Positions 1 to 9,284 of a stretch of DNA of 31,840 bases are shown in pieces (positions within the stretch are counted from its first letter, which is position 1; each line of letters starts with the position of its first letter). The DNA comes from Promethearchaeia archaeon. Lineage in GTDB: Archaea > Asgardarchaeota > Lokiarchaeia > Sigyniarchaeales > SOKP01. A model generated the notes under the pieces. That model worked only from the letters and a program-made list of their open reading frames with translations. It was not told where the DNA came from and made no database searches. The translations under genes and the position numbers were made by a program. The stretch lies in contig JAWOFX010000098.1 in NCBI GenBank assembly GCA_046497275.1, positions 1 through 31,840 on the forward strand. The letters are read 5' to 3'.

Positions 1-65
1 ACTAATTGAGTTCCAATAAAGCCCGTACCACCGGTAACTAATATATTCTTCTGATTTTTCGACAT
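1..65 (-). CDS. NAD-dependent epimerase/dehydratase (extended SDR), 5' end only; runs off the window
   Basis: Hand translation from ATG at 65: MSKNQKNILVTGGTGFIGTQLV, the classic Rossmann TGGxGFIG motif. Not in the ORF track. Confidence 0.85.
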   Translation of the reverse strand, partial: MSKNQKNILVTGGTGFIGTQL

Positions 66-407
66 TTTTTTATCCCATATCTTAAAATAAACAGTAGAAA
101 TAGGTTGAGAATTGAAATTATAAGGATTTTATTGTCAAATGCTTTTAAATAATATCCAATAAATAAAACTATCAACAGTTAAAAATCTCAAAAATAGTAA
201 ATTATACTTTCTTAACATTAAAATTATGAAAAATAGGAAAGCCAGAAAAGCCAGTTATTTCAAATAAGAATTGGTTTATTAAATATATTTTTACCTGATT
301 TTATTTTTTTATATATCTTTTTTCACTAGACTGAGGAAAAAAATTATAAAGAGATTAAAAATACTATTTAATGAATTGGAATTTTAATAAAAATCTAGAT
401 CCTGTAA

Positions 408-953
408 ATGAATAGAGATAATATTTATTCTTTCCATTCTCAATTAGCTTTACCATTCTTAGAATCTGATGAAAAAACGTTAGATCATATTTTCAGCATT
501 CTAGAACAGAAATTTCAGCTTACAACAGGATCAAGTCAGAGATTTATTGATCTTGGTTCGGGAAACGGTCAAGTAGTAATTTATTGTGCGTTAAATTATA
601 ATATCCATTCTAAAGGAATTGAAATTAATTCTCATTTAGTGGAAGAATCAGAAGAACGTATTGAAGAACTTAAAAAAGAGAATAGATACGATAAAAAAAG
701 ATTTAAACTTATCCATATTAAAGAAGGAGATCTCTTTGATCAAAATTTAGGAGGATATGATTTTATTTATATTTTTTCTCTCCCCACTATGCAGAAATAT
801 CTCAATCATGTATTTATTACTGCAAAAAAAGGTGTTATTTTTATATCATATAAATATCCGTTAGCAAATTTCGCATTTTTAGAGATTCTTTATACCACTA
901 ATATTAAAATTAAAAAAGACGAAATATTGATATACTTCTACAAAAAAGTATGA
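408..953 (+). CDS. Class I SAM-dependent methyltransferase, FAM173/aKMT/Dot1-like (probable protein-lysine MTase)
   Basis: Motif I FIDLGSGNG, post-I GIEIN, GDLF, YIF, and ISYKYP; N-terminal LPF motif as in FAM173-type enzymes. Confidence 0.8.
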   Translation: MNRDNIYSFHSQLALPFLESDEKTLDHIFSILEQKFQLTTGSSQRFIDLGSGNGQVVIYCALNYNIHSKGIEINSHLVEESEERIEELKKENRYDKKRFKLIHIKEGDLFDQNLGGYDFIYIFSLPTMQKYLNHVFITAKKGVIFISYKYPLANFAFLEILYTTNIKIKKDEILIYFYKKV

Positions 954-1372
954 TATTATTTGATATTTTGAAGTTTTATCCTTTTTAAATATAATATTCA
1001 TCGAATATTTCTAATCGGCAATTTCAATAACAAGAGTATTCATTCTTTTTAATTTTATTATTTTTTGCCATTTTGTAAATAATTGTTGGAATATTATATC
1101 TCATAAAATTTCGTTTTTTAATTGAAGTTAGTTTTTTTCCCCGACGAAAAGTATCTAAGAATGATGAAATTATAAGTATAAATAGATGTGAGTATAAACT
1201 ATTAAGTTATTAATATTATCATTTTATATTTGGCGATAATCAAGTTATCTGTAAATTAATTATAAAAATAAGAGAATAGTGAAGCAAGTTAAATTTCAGA
1301 AATATTATACAGCCCCTCTTTTTAAATATCACTAAATAATCTAATAAAACATCAAGATCTATGTGATGAAAA

Positions 1373-1840
1373 ATGGCCTCGAATGTCAAAATTTTAGAAC
1401 CAGCACATATCGAAAGGTTTTTTCAAAGAGATCTTGATAATCTTTCAATAAGTTCGGAAGAATTAAATTTTCATGAGCAAAAATTTAATTTTATATCCGA
1501 ACTTTTGACTTTTTTATATTCACACCTCAATAAAGGATCAATTTATAATATAGAAAATTTAATTAACATTCTAATTGAGATCCCTAATAAAAAATTTGAG
1601 AGAAATATTTTTAATGAATTTGATCCTTCATTGACCGAAGTTGGAGAATATCATATAACTTTTTCCCTTACTGAAAGGAAGAATTATAAGATCGAAGATT
1701 ATTTACGAATGCTAAATAAAGTCCGGGAACTAATAAAATCCTGCCAAGAGTTAAATTTGAATGAAAAAGCGGAATTATGTAAATTAGAGAGATGTTTTAT
1801 GAAGAGTTATCTTAAAAAGATGAAAACCCAACTAAGTTAA
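1373..1840 (+). CDS. Hypothetical protein (155 aa)
   Basis: ATG-started ORF with host-like composition and no competing ORF; no recognisable motif. Confidence 0.65.
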   Translation: MASNVKILEPAHIERFFQRDLDNLSISSEELNFHEQKFNFISELLTFLYSHLNKGSIYNIENLINILIEIPNKKFERNIFNEFDPSLTEVGEYHITFSLTERKNYKIEDYLRMLNKVRELIKSCQELNLNEKAELCKLERCFMKSYLKKMKTQLS

Positions 1841-1910
1841 TCTTTATATTGTTAGCATTAATTTAATTAAACATTATCTTTTTATTGCTTTTGCATTTTT
1901 CCTATTTGAA

Positions 1911-3086
1911 ATGTCTCAATTTTGTTTTAATTACGAAAATCGAATAAATAAAACTAGAGAATTATTACAGAAATTCGAGTTGGATTTTATCATCATAACT
2001 AATATCCAAAATCTCTATTGGCTAAGCGGAACTGCTCAATATGGGGTTTTATTATTATCTGAGAAAGAGAAGCCCACATTATTTGTGAGAAGAAATTATT
2101 TTAAAGCTAAAGAGGAAACCTATTTAGAAAATCTGGTAGAACTTGAAAAAACTTCACAGATAAAAGATTTTATTTTAAACTCGAAAAATAGTCTAGATAA
2201 CCTAACTATTGGGATGGAGCTCGATTCGCTTCCTACTTCATTTTACCTATATTACAAAAATATGTTAAAAGGAGCAAGTATTAAAAATATTGAACTCGAT
2301 TTACGGAAATTACGTATGATAAAGGATAAAAAAGAGTTGGAATTATTTAGAGAAGCAGGAAAAATCGCTCAGAAAGCACAAGAGAGAATCCCAGAGATTT
2401 TAAGACCTGGAATTAAAGAATATGAGGTCGTTGCTGAGGTAGTATATGAAGCTATGAAAAATAAATCAGTTCATTTTAGTAATGTAAATAGCACTTTTGG
2501 AAAAAATTGGTTAATTTTAGCGAGTGGAGAGAATTTATGGACTCCAAGTTATTTTCCTATTCTCTCAGGCAAAGGTCTTTCGAATGCAATTCCGTATGGT
2601 TATTCTGAGAGAGAAATTAAGCAAGGAGACATAATTATGTGTGATTATGCTATAAATTATAGGGGATATCATGCAGATCATGCCAGAACATATTTTTTGG
2701 AATCATATCCAGATGGATTTAAAGAAAAGTACTTAATTTTGAAACAGATCTATGAGGAAATTAAAAAGGATTATTTAAAAGTAGGAATTCCTGTATGCAA
2801 GATCTATAATAGAATGAAGGAATTATTAGATAAAGAAGGGCTCGGAGAGTTCTTTCAAGGAAATGGATATTATTATCAAGGGCTTGGGCATGGGATAGGC
2901 TTAGAACTGGATGAACCTCCAGCGATACTTCCGAATAGTGATATAAAATTAGAAGAAAATATGGTTATTGCTTTAGAGCCGAAAATAATTATTCCAGAAT
3001 GGGGAGCAATAGATTTAGAGGATGATTTTATAATCAAAAAAAATGATGCCGAACAAATTACGAAAACAGCTTATTTATTTGAATAA
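1911..3086 (+). CDS. Xaa-Pro aminopeptidase, M24B family (creatinase-N + pita-bread domain)
   Basis: All five metal ligands are visible: IMCD, YHADH, GLGHGIGL, IALEP, DLEDD. Confidence 0.93.
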   Translation: MSQFCFNYENRINKTRELLQKFELDFIIITNIQNLYWLSGTAQYGVLLLSEKEKPTLFVRRNYFKAKEETYLENLVELEKTSQIKDFILNSKNSLDNLTIGMELDSLPTSFYLYYKNMLKGASIKNIELDLRKLRMIKDKKELELFREAGKIAQKAQERIPEILRPGIKEYEVVAEVVYEAMKNKSVHFSNVNSTFGKNWLILASGENLWTPSYFPILSGKGLSNAIPYGYSEREIKQGDIIMCDYAINYRGYHADHARTYFLESYPDGFKEKYLILKQIYEEIKKDYLKVGIPVCKIYNRMKELLDKEGLGEFFQGNGYYYQGLGHGIGLELDEPPAILPNSDIKLEENMVIALEPKIIIPEWGAIDLEDDFIIKKNDAEQITKTAYLFE

Positions 3087-3201
3087 TAAAGTTTATTGCG
3101 AAATTTTCTAATTTCTCTCTTCAATCTTAGATAATAGGATTAACATTTAATTAATAATTGTAGACTAAAATTTAAAATAGAAACTTACTTTACTTTAATC
3201 C

Positions 3202-4389
3202 ATGCTAAATCATCGTCTAATAGATCCCCCGAAAAAACCAGATGAATTCGTTAAGGCAGCCGTTAATTTCTTAAAAAAACATGCAAAAGATAAGAAAGTT
3301 TTCTGTGCCTTATCTGGCGGAATTGATAGTTCAACTGTTTATTTATTATTAAAAGAAGCGAAAATTGACACTCTTCCTATATTCATTGACCATGGGCTTA
3401 TGAGAATCATTCGAGGGGTTGAAGAAAGAGAATATATCAAAAATCTGTTTCCAGATGTAAAAATTGTTGATATTAGAAATGAGTTTTTACCCCAAATATT
3501 TGGTGAGGGAGATGCGGAAAAAAAGCGGCAATTATTCAAAGATGCCTATTCGAAAATTATTAGTGAAGTTATTAAAGAAGAGAATTGTGATCTATTAGCA
3601 GATGGAACAATACTTCCGGATATAGAAGAAAGTTTTGGGGTTAAAATAGGAGATCTTAAAGAAATTATGAGTTTAGAAGAAGAAAAACGGCTGATGGAAA
3701 AAAATAAAGAAGGATTTGTAAAAAGCCAGCATAATTTAGATATAGCATATGATGTTGATGCTACCATCCAACCAGTTGCGAGTTTGACGAAGGATGGAGT
3801 GCGAGAAATATTAAAATATTTTAAAATGCCTTCAGAATTAGTTTATCGGAAAGCATTTCCCGGGCCTGCATTAGCCGCCAGAATTATCGGTCCAGTAACA
3901 AAAGAAAATTTACCTTTTGAGAAAAAAGTTCATGATATTGTGGAGAGTTCAATAGAGAATTATTATGAGAAGAGATATGGAAAATATATGATAATAAATG
4001 ATAAAGGAGAGCAAGAACCCTTCCAATCATTCGCTGCAATTGGGAAAAACATAATAGAAAGTAAAGTTACTGGAATAATTGATGCAATGCGTTCTTATGG
4101 ATATCCATTAATAGTGGAAGCTAAATGGAATTTTAAAAAATTAGTAGAAACAGCGTCTAATCTTAAGAATTATACACGCCTTCTCTTTAAGTTAGGAAAT
4201 AACAATAGAGGTAAATTTGATATTATAATACGGAGTGTAAACAGTATTGATGCAAGAACTGCATCTGTTACGGAATTGCCCTTAGATTACTTAAAAGGCC
4301 TTTCGAGAGAATTATTAAAATTTAAGGAGACTAAAAATATTTATTTTGATATGACCTCAAAACCCCCTGGTACAATTGAGTATGTATGA
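3202..4389 (+). CDS. guaAB: GMP synthase subunit B (ATP pyrophosphatase subunit), with insertions
   Basis: PP-loop ALSGGIDSS, DGTILPD, KSQHN, RKAFPGPALAARI, C-terminal DMTSKPPGTIEY; no glutaminase domain. Confidence 0.92.
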   Translation: MLNHRLIDPPKKPDEFVKAAVNFLKKHAKDKKVFCALSGGIDSSTVYLLLKEAKIDTLPIFIDHGLMRIIRGVEEREYIKNLFPDVKIVDIRNEFLPQIFGEGDAEKKRQLFKDAYSKIISEVIKEENCDLLADGTILPDIEESFGVKIGDLKEIMSLEEEKRLMEKNKEGFVKSQHNLDIAYDVDATIQPVASLTKDGVREILKYFKMPSELVYRKAFPGPALAARIIGPVTKENLPFEKKVHDIVESSIENYYEKRYGKYMIINDKGEQEPFQSFAAIGKNIIESKVTGIIDAMRSYGYPLIVEAKWNFKKLVETASNLKNYTRLLFKLGNNNRGKFDIIIRSVNSIDARTASVTELPLDYLKGLSRELLKFKETKNIYFDMTSKPPGTIEYV

Positions 4390-4431
4390 AATGAGGAAAA
4401 TAAAAATTAAAGAATGTAAAAAAAGTCAGTT

Positions 4432-4998
4432 CTATTGTATCTTTGAACCACAACTTTCACAGAAATTCGCATTTGGTCGAAGTTGATGGCCACAATAGGG
4501 ACAATAATTTTTCTCACCAGACCTAACCTCTTCAACAGGTTTTTCCGGTTTCTCTTGAAATTCTTCAGCGGGTTCATATTCCACTTTTTCACCCAACACA
4601 ATCTCGCCTGTTGCTGGATTAAATTTGTATCGAATTTCTCCATTTTGTCTTAAGTCCAATAAAACCCTTAATACATCGGAAGGTTTAATACCTACTTCTA
4701 AGGCTATGTTTTCCAGTTTATGTGTGCCTTGAAAATTTCGCTCGGCTATAGCAACTTTTACAGCCTTTTTATATTTATAATTCGTATATAATTGCTCAAA
4801 TCCACCAATGAAAATGAAAAATGCTGGAATGAATAACCAATAACCCCACGAACTTAACCCAATAAACTCAATGTTAAGGGCCAAAAACACTAAAGAGAGG
4901 ATTGCGACAAATAAAAAGACTATACCAGTTGCGAATGTTCCTATTGCTGCCTCATATTTTTGTTTTTGATATTCTCTTTTATAAGAAGTGTCGTTCAT
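4432..4998 (-). CDS. Membrane protein: 2 TM helices + winged helix + C-terminal zinc ribbon
   Basis: Two hydrophobic stretches (aa ~18-42 and ~52-68), HTH-like KLENIALEVGIKPSDVLRVLLDL, and CPYCG...FCESCG. Confidence 0.88.
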   Translation of the reverse strand: MNDTSYKREYQKQKYEAAIGTFATGIVFLFVAILSLVFLALNIEFIGLSSWGYWLFIPAFFIFIGGFEQLYTNYKYKKAVKVAIAERNFQGTHKLENIALEVGIKPSDVLRVLLDLRQNGEIRYKFNPATGEIVLGEKVEYEPAEEFQEKPEKPVEEVRSGEKNYCPYCGHQLRPNANFCESCGSKIQ

Positions 4999-5213
4999 TT
5001 TTTATCTACTTCATTATTATTTTATTAATTTAAATAATTGAGATTCCTATTTAAGATATTTATAATCCAATTTTTCATATAAAGTTCTTCATAAGTCTTC
5101 TTAAAATCATTTTTGAATCTTTCTAAAATGAACTCGAGGAGAGCTATAGATAAGCTATAAAAAATTCTAAGATTGTATTAGGAGAGAAAAAAATATAATA
5201 GATTATATAAATC

Positions 5214-5624
5214 TCAAAAATTGTAAATTATTGTTTCGATTTCTAAAATAATATTTGCTATTTCTGTTGATAAATAATTCGCTGTTTCGTATCCGATTTT
5301 ACTTTTTAAATATAAGCAATTTACTGTTGAATTTGCCATTTCAAGAATAATGATCGTATGCCCTAAGGTGCAGGTGATGTTAAGATCCATTGATAATTCG
5401 AAAATAGACATTTCAAGTAATATAGCGGAGAACAAGAGTAAATATTTTAGATCTCGCCCTATAAAATTAATCTCTGTTTCACAATAATCCTTTAAATTAA
5501 GAGTTCGTACTTCAATTTGAGCAATATCATATCCTAAGCTGGTTTCTTTGATATAATCAACAGAATGCCCCATTAATAAAACGATAAAATTACGTATTTC
5601 ATGTAATTTAGATTTGATCATCAA
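5214..5624 (-). CDS. Hypothetical protein, possibly a degenerate roadblock/profilin-like alpha-beta fold; start uncertain
   Basis: Fills an otherwise empty 400-bp gap; the C-terminal half shows a helix-strand-strand-strand-helix pattern. The called start overlaps the divergent gene's start by 11 bp. Confidence 0.4.
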   Translation of the reverse strand: MMIKSKLHEIRNFIVLLMGHSVDYIKETSLGYDIAQIEVRTLNLKDYCETEINFIGRDLKYLLLFSAILLEMSIFELSMDLNITCTLGHTIIILEMANSTVNCLYLKSKIGYETANYLSTEIANIILEIETIIYNF

Positions 5625-7881
5625 TGAAAAGTATATATTTTTGAAATATCATAATAAAATTATGATTAAATGGTTAAACGCATTATTTTATTTTCTTAAT
5701 ATTGAAGGTTTTACAACATTACAACAAATTCTTTTGACGAATCTTATTCTATTGCTAATAAGTCGATTGATCCTTATCATTTCTTATTATTTACGATACA
5801 GAGAACTATTTGAAGGAAAAGGGAGGCCATTTAAGGTGTTCTTTCCTAATAATTATGTAATTTATTTTATTCTTAAGGAAATCTCCGTTATATTATTAGG
5901 AATCCTGTATTTTCCTCTCGCTGTTGCAGTAGCTATTTTTTCCCTTATGCTGTCTGGAGACTATATTAGAAATATTGGGGAGGAAAAGAATTCGAAACTC
6001 TTATCAATACTTGGAAAAATTATAAAAATTTTCACACCCTTCATAGGTGTTGTATATTTCATTCTTGACGCGAATTATCTTGTTTTGGCAGGTATAGCTC
6101 TCAGCCTATTAGTCTATATTGTGCTAGGTCAAAAAAGAGTGTCTTATAGCATTGCTCAAATAAAAGAACGATTAACAAATAGTCGATTCAATAAAACAAA
6201 AGTAGGAAAAGTAGTCCATGCGATCTTATTGATTATTATCGTAGGTTCTTCTCTGTTTATCATTACGGGCGTTGGCGTGTTTAGTCCTCCAGAAAGGATA
6301 ACAGAATATGTGAGTATGAGGGACGGTGTTAAGTTAGCCACGGATGTGTATTATAGTCCTGGATCATTTGGTGCGCCACGACCTGTTATCCTAGTAAGGA
6401 CTCCTTATGGAAAAACAGGATGGGCAACAGATTTATATTCTCTCTTCTATTTTACTCAAGACTACCATATGGTTGTGCAGGACCTTCGAGGCACATATGA
6501 TTCCGAAGGTGGACAGAATTTTCTACTCTTTACTAAATCCTATTTAGATGGTGTTGACACTGTTGATTGGATTATGAATCAATCCTGGTGTAATGGAAAA
6601 ATTGCAAGTGTGGGAGTTTCTGCTCTCTGTATTAATCAATATTTCTATGCTGGAATGAATCCTAATGGATTAGAAGCCCAATCCCTATGGTTTGGTACAC
6701 CCGAGTTATTTGATCATGCTATTTATCAGGGTTCGTATCATAAATCCTCTGTCGAGACATGGATCGAAAGTACTGCACCAGAGAACTATGATTTTCAGAT
6801 AAATACGATTTTTGATTATTTTCCCAAGAATGAAACGATGTATAACTCAACTTCATTAAAAATTCCGATTGGACCTACGTATTCTAATATTTCTACAAGG
6901 GCATTGCACGTAGGAGGTTGGTATGACCACTTCCTTCAAGGAACTATAGATGGGTATATAGGATATGATGATAATGGAGCTGCGCGAGCCAAAGGTCACC
7001 AGAGATTAATTATGGGGCCGTGGACTCATGGATCCGTCTATGGAGGGAAACAAGGACAACTCACATACCCAGGAAATTCGAATGGATTTAATTTAATCTT
7101 TCAATGGGAACAAGAAATATTCGATGAATCACTAAGGGGAATTCCAGCCGATTGGAGTGGACCTCGAGTTGCATATTATCTAATGGGAGATGTGGATACT
7201 TCTGGAGATTGGAATTATTGGAGATATGTAGATGATTGGCCTTTGGATCATATAGATACAGTGTGGTATTTCCATCATAATAAAAGTTTAATTAAAGATA
7301 TTGTCCCAACAAAACTAGGCAACTTTTCCTATCTTTATGATCCACGCGATCCAGTGAAAAATCTTGGAGGACAAAATCAGCCGTTCGATTTAAATGGCCC
7401 TTATGATCAGAGACCAATAGAAGACAGATCCGATGTGTTGCTCTTTGAAAGTGATGTGCTAACAGAGCCATATGAAACCGTCGGAAGGATATGGGGGCAC
7501 CTTTTTGTTACTTCAAATTGTACAGATACCGATTTCACTGTGAAACTCACTGATGTATATCCTGATAATCGATCAATGCTTATAACGGATGGTTCCCTTA
7601 CAGTAAGAAGTAGAAATGGGTATACAGTTGAAGATTTCATGACAGGAAATCAAATCAACGTCTATGAGCTTTGGGTGGATTGCTGGAGTACAGCATATAC
7701 ATTTGCTCCAGGACATAAAATTAGAGTGGCTATTTCAAGTTCTAACTATCCTAGATATGGACTTAACCCAAATACAAACGCATCGTTAGCTGAAAGCTAT
7801 TTAAATTACAATATTGCCAATAATACATTATGTACTGGACCTATCTATAATTCCTCTATAATTTTGCCTCAACTTGTATAA
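5614..7881 (+). CDS. Membrane-anchored CocE/NonD (X-Pro dipeptidyl-peptidase-like, S15) hydrolase; true start may be ATG at 5662
   Basis: MRDGVKLATDVY, PVILVRTPYGK, QDLRG, nucleophile GVS, GGWYD, GPWTH, C-terminal jelly-roll RVAISSSNYPRY; ~200-aa hydrophobic N-terminus. Confidence 0.92.
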   Translation: MIINEKYIFLKYHNKIMIKWLNALFYFLNIEGFTTLQQILLTNLILLLISRLILIISYYLRYRELFEGKGRPFKVFFPNNYVIYFILKEISVILLGILYFPLAVAVAIFSLMLSGDYIRNIGEEKNSKLLSILGKIIKIFTPFIGVVYFILDANYLVLAGIALSLLVYIVLGQKRVSYSIAQIKERLTNSRFNKTKVGKVVHAILLIIIVGSSLFIITGVGVFSPPERITEYVSMRDGVKLATDVYYSPGSFGAPRPVILVRTPYGKTGWATDLYSLFYFTQDYHMVVQDLRGTYDSEGGQNFLLFTKSYLDGVDTVDWIMNQSWCNGKIASVGVSALCINQYFYAGMNPNGLEAQSLWFGTPELFDHAIYQGSYHKSSVETWIESTAPENYDFQINTIFDYFPKNETMYNSTSLKIPIGPTYSNISTRALHVGGWYDHFLQGTIDGYIGYDDNGAARAKGHQRLIMGPWTHGSVYGGKQGQLTYPGNSNGFNLIFQWEQEIFDESLRGIPADWSGPRVAYYLMGDVDTSGDWNYWRYVDDWPLDHIDTVWYFHHNKSLIKDIVPTKLGNFSYLYDPRDPVKNLGGQNQPFDLNGPYDQRPIEDRSDVLLFESDVLTEPYETVGRIWGHLFVTSNCTDTDFTVKLTDVYPDNRSMLITDGSLTVRSRNGYTVEDFMTGNQINVYELWVDCWSTAYTFAPGHKIRVAISSSNYPRYGLNPNTNASLAESYLNYNIANNTLCTGPIYNSSIILPQLV

Positions 7882-7904
7882 AAACAAAAACTTCTCAAAT
7901 AAAT

Positions 7905-7942
7905 TAATTAATTTTTTTTATTTTATTTACCTAAAAAAAAAT
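7905..7942. terminator. Possible bidirectional oligo-T terminator between convergent genes
   Basis: T-run on + (~7912-7925) and A-run (~7934-7941, T-run on -) between the stops at 7881 and 7944. Oligo-T tracts are the known archaeal terminator type. Confidence 0.4.
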
Positions 7943-7943
7943 T

Positions 7944-8354
7944 CTAAGGATTGGGATGTCCTAATCGTTTTCTTAATTTTTTTGAAATCCCTCGCAAATT
8001 TCGAATGTCAATCGCAATAAAATCAAGAATATCTTTCGGTGCTCGATTCAGGTCATATATAAGATTAGCCCATTCTTCAATCATAGATGCATTTAGTTCT
8101 TCATCTTGTAAAACTTCTCGAACTGCTTGAATTTTTTGAGTTGGAGGGATTCGAGATTCTAACATTGATGCAACCGCCCACATATTGATAATTGCTTCCA
8201 GATTTTCATTTTCCCCGACGATTTTAAAAGCTTCTCGGAAGATTATACGCTTATCTTCGATTGGAGCCTTTTGTCTTGTTATTGCCCTTCCAAATGCCAT
8301 AACTGTTTTTACAGAAGGACTTTCCTTAAATTCTACAAATTCTTGAGAATTCAT
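7944..8354 (-). CDS. Hypothetical alpha-helical protein (136 aa)
   Basis: Protein-like ORF 6 bp downstream of the nucleotidyltransferase, with a ggtga SD-like element upstream. Confidence 0.8.
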   Translation of the reverse strand: MNSQEFVEFKESPSVKTVMAFGRAITRQKAPIEDKRIIFREAFKIVGENENLEAIINMWAVASMLESRIPPTQKIQAVREVLQDEELNASMIEEWANLIYDLNRAPKDILDFIAIDIRNLRGISKKLRKRLGHPNP

Positions 8355-8360
8355 TATTTA

Positions 8361-9116
8361 TCACCCAAAATTCTTATTTTTTAACTCTTTAATCCATGAA
8401 TTTTTATTTTTAAGCTCCTCATACACATCCAAATCACCGAAATCTGCCCTGAATTGGTCTTTTTCCATTTTTATTAAGCGAACCTTCCAGTCTCTGGTTT
8501 CAATCCCATAGCTTATAGCATCAGGAATTTCGAGTTCTCCTCGTTCAGAGGGCTTTATTTCTCTTAAAACTTCAAATATTTCAGTTGAAAGGATGAATAT
8601 TCCACAATTATTCAGATTCGTTCCTTTTATATTTGCTGGGGGCTTTTCCACCATTTTAGTACAATATTTATCACTACAAAATATCGCACATCCTTTTTGG
8701 AGATTCTCCAAGTAATTTGTAACAAGAATAAAGTCTTCATCCTCATTTTTGAATATTTGATATACTTCTCGATAAATCTCATATGGGACGATTATATCTC
8801 CCCATGTTAGAAAAAAATGTTTTTTATCAATATTTTCTTCACATAGAAGGACCGCGCCCCCTGTTCCATTCAAATTTTTCTGCTCCACATATTCAATACT
8901 TATATCCCATTTTTTTCCTTCTTGGAAATACTCAATTATTTGTTCTTTTAGGTATCCAACTACTAATATAAACTCAGAAAAACCAGCATATTTTAAACCT
9001 TCTAAAAGATATTCCAATATAGGTTTTCCTTTTACGGGTAGCATGGTCTTTTGATATTTTTCTGTATAAGGGTGCATCCTTGTTCCATACCCAGCGCATA
9101 AAATAATTGCTTTCAT
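8361..9116 (-). CDS. Sugar-phosphate nucleotidyltransferase (RmlA/GlmU-N family)
   Basis: MKAIILCAGYGTRMHPYT, KTMLPVKGKP, GTGGAV, WGD, EKP, SERGELEIPDAI. Confidence 0.95.
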   Translation of the reverse strand: MKAIILCAGYGTRMHPYTEKYQKTMLPVKGKPILEYLLEGLKYAGFSEFILVVGYLKEQIIEYFQEGKKWDISIEYVEQKNLNGTGGAVLLCEENIDKKHFFLTWGDIIVPYEIYREVYQIFKNEDEDFILVTNYLENLQKGCAIFCSDKYCTKMVEKPPANIKGTNLNNCGIFILSTEIFEVLREIKPSERGELEIPDAISYGIETRDWKVRLIKMEKDQFRADFGDLDVYEELKNKNSWIKELKNKNFG

Positions 9117-9284
9117 AGAATTTAAAAGACGTGATTAAATCTAAAATTGTTGGATATTAAATAATATATCCATATTATAAAATTTTTTACATAATACTTT
9201 TCTTTAATCTATTTGTTCAATTGAATAAATTTTCTGCATTCAGTTTTTTGGATTAAGTATTAAAAACAGAGTATTGATCTAAGA

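Noticed and set aside
66-407. Long AT-rich intergenic region with short repeats (gccagaaaagccag)
   Set aside because: Divergent promoter region; no stable structure, array or ORF support.
985-1071. 28-codon - strand ORF with an in-frame TGA between two Cys (…SCY*NCR…), considered as a selenoprotein because Lokiarchaeia use Sec
   Set aside because: Very short, very AT-rich, no selenoprotein-family motif and no visible SECIS; expected by chance.
3339-4643. Antisense/alternative-frame ORFs (3339-3539, 3546-3767, 4407-4643)
   Set aside because: Shadows of well-supported genes with no motifs.
6300-7800. Elevated GC in the CocE gene as evidence of horizontal transfer
   Set aside because: Largely explained by Gly/Pro/Trp-rich composition; no mobility signatures at the flanks.
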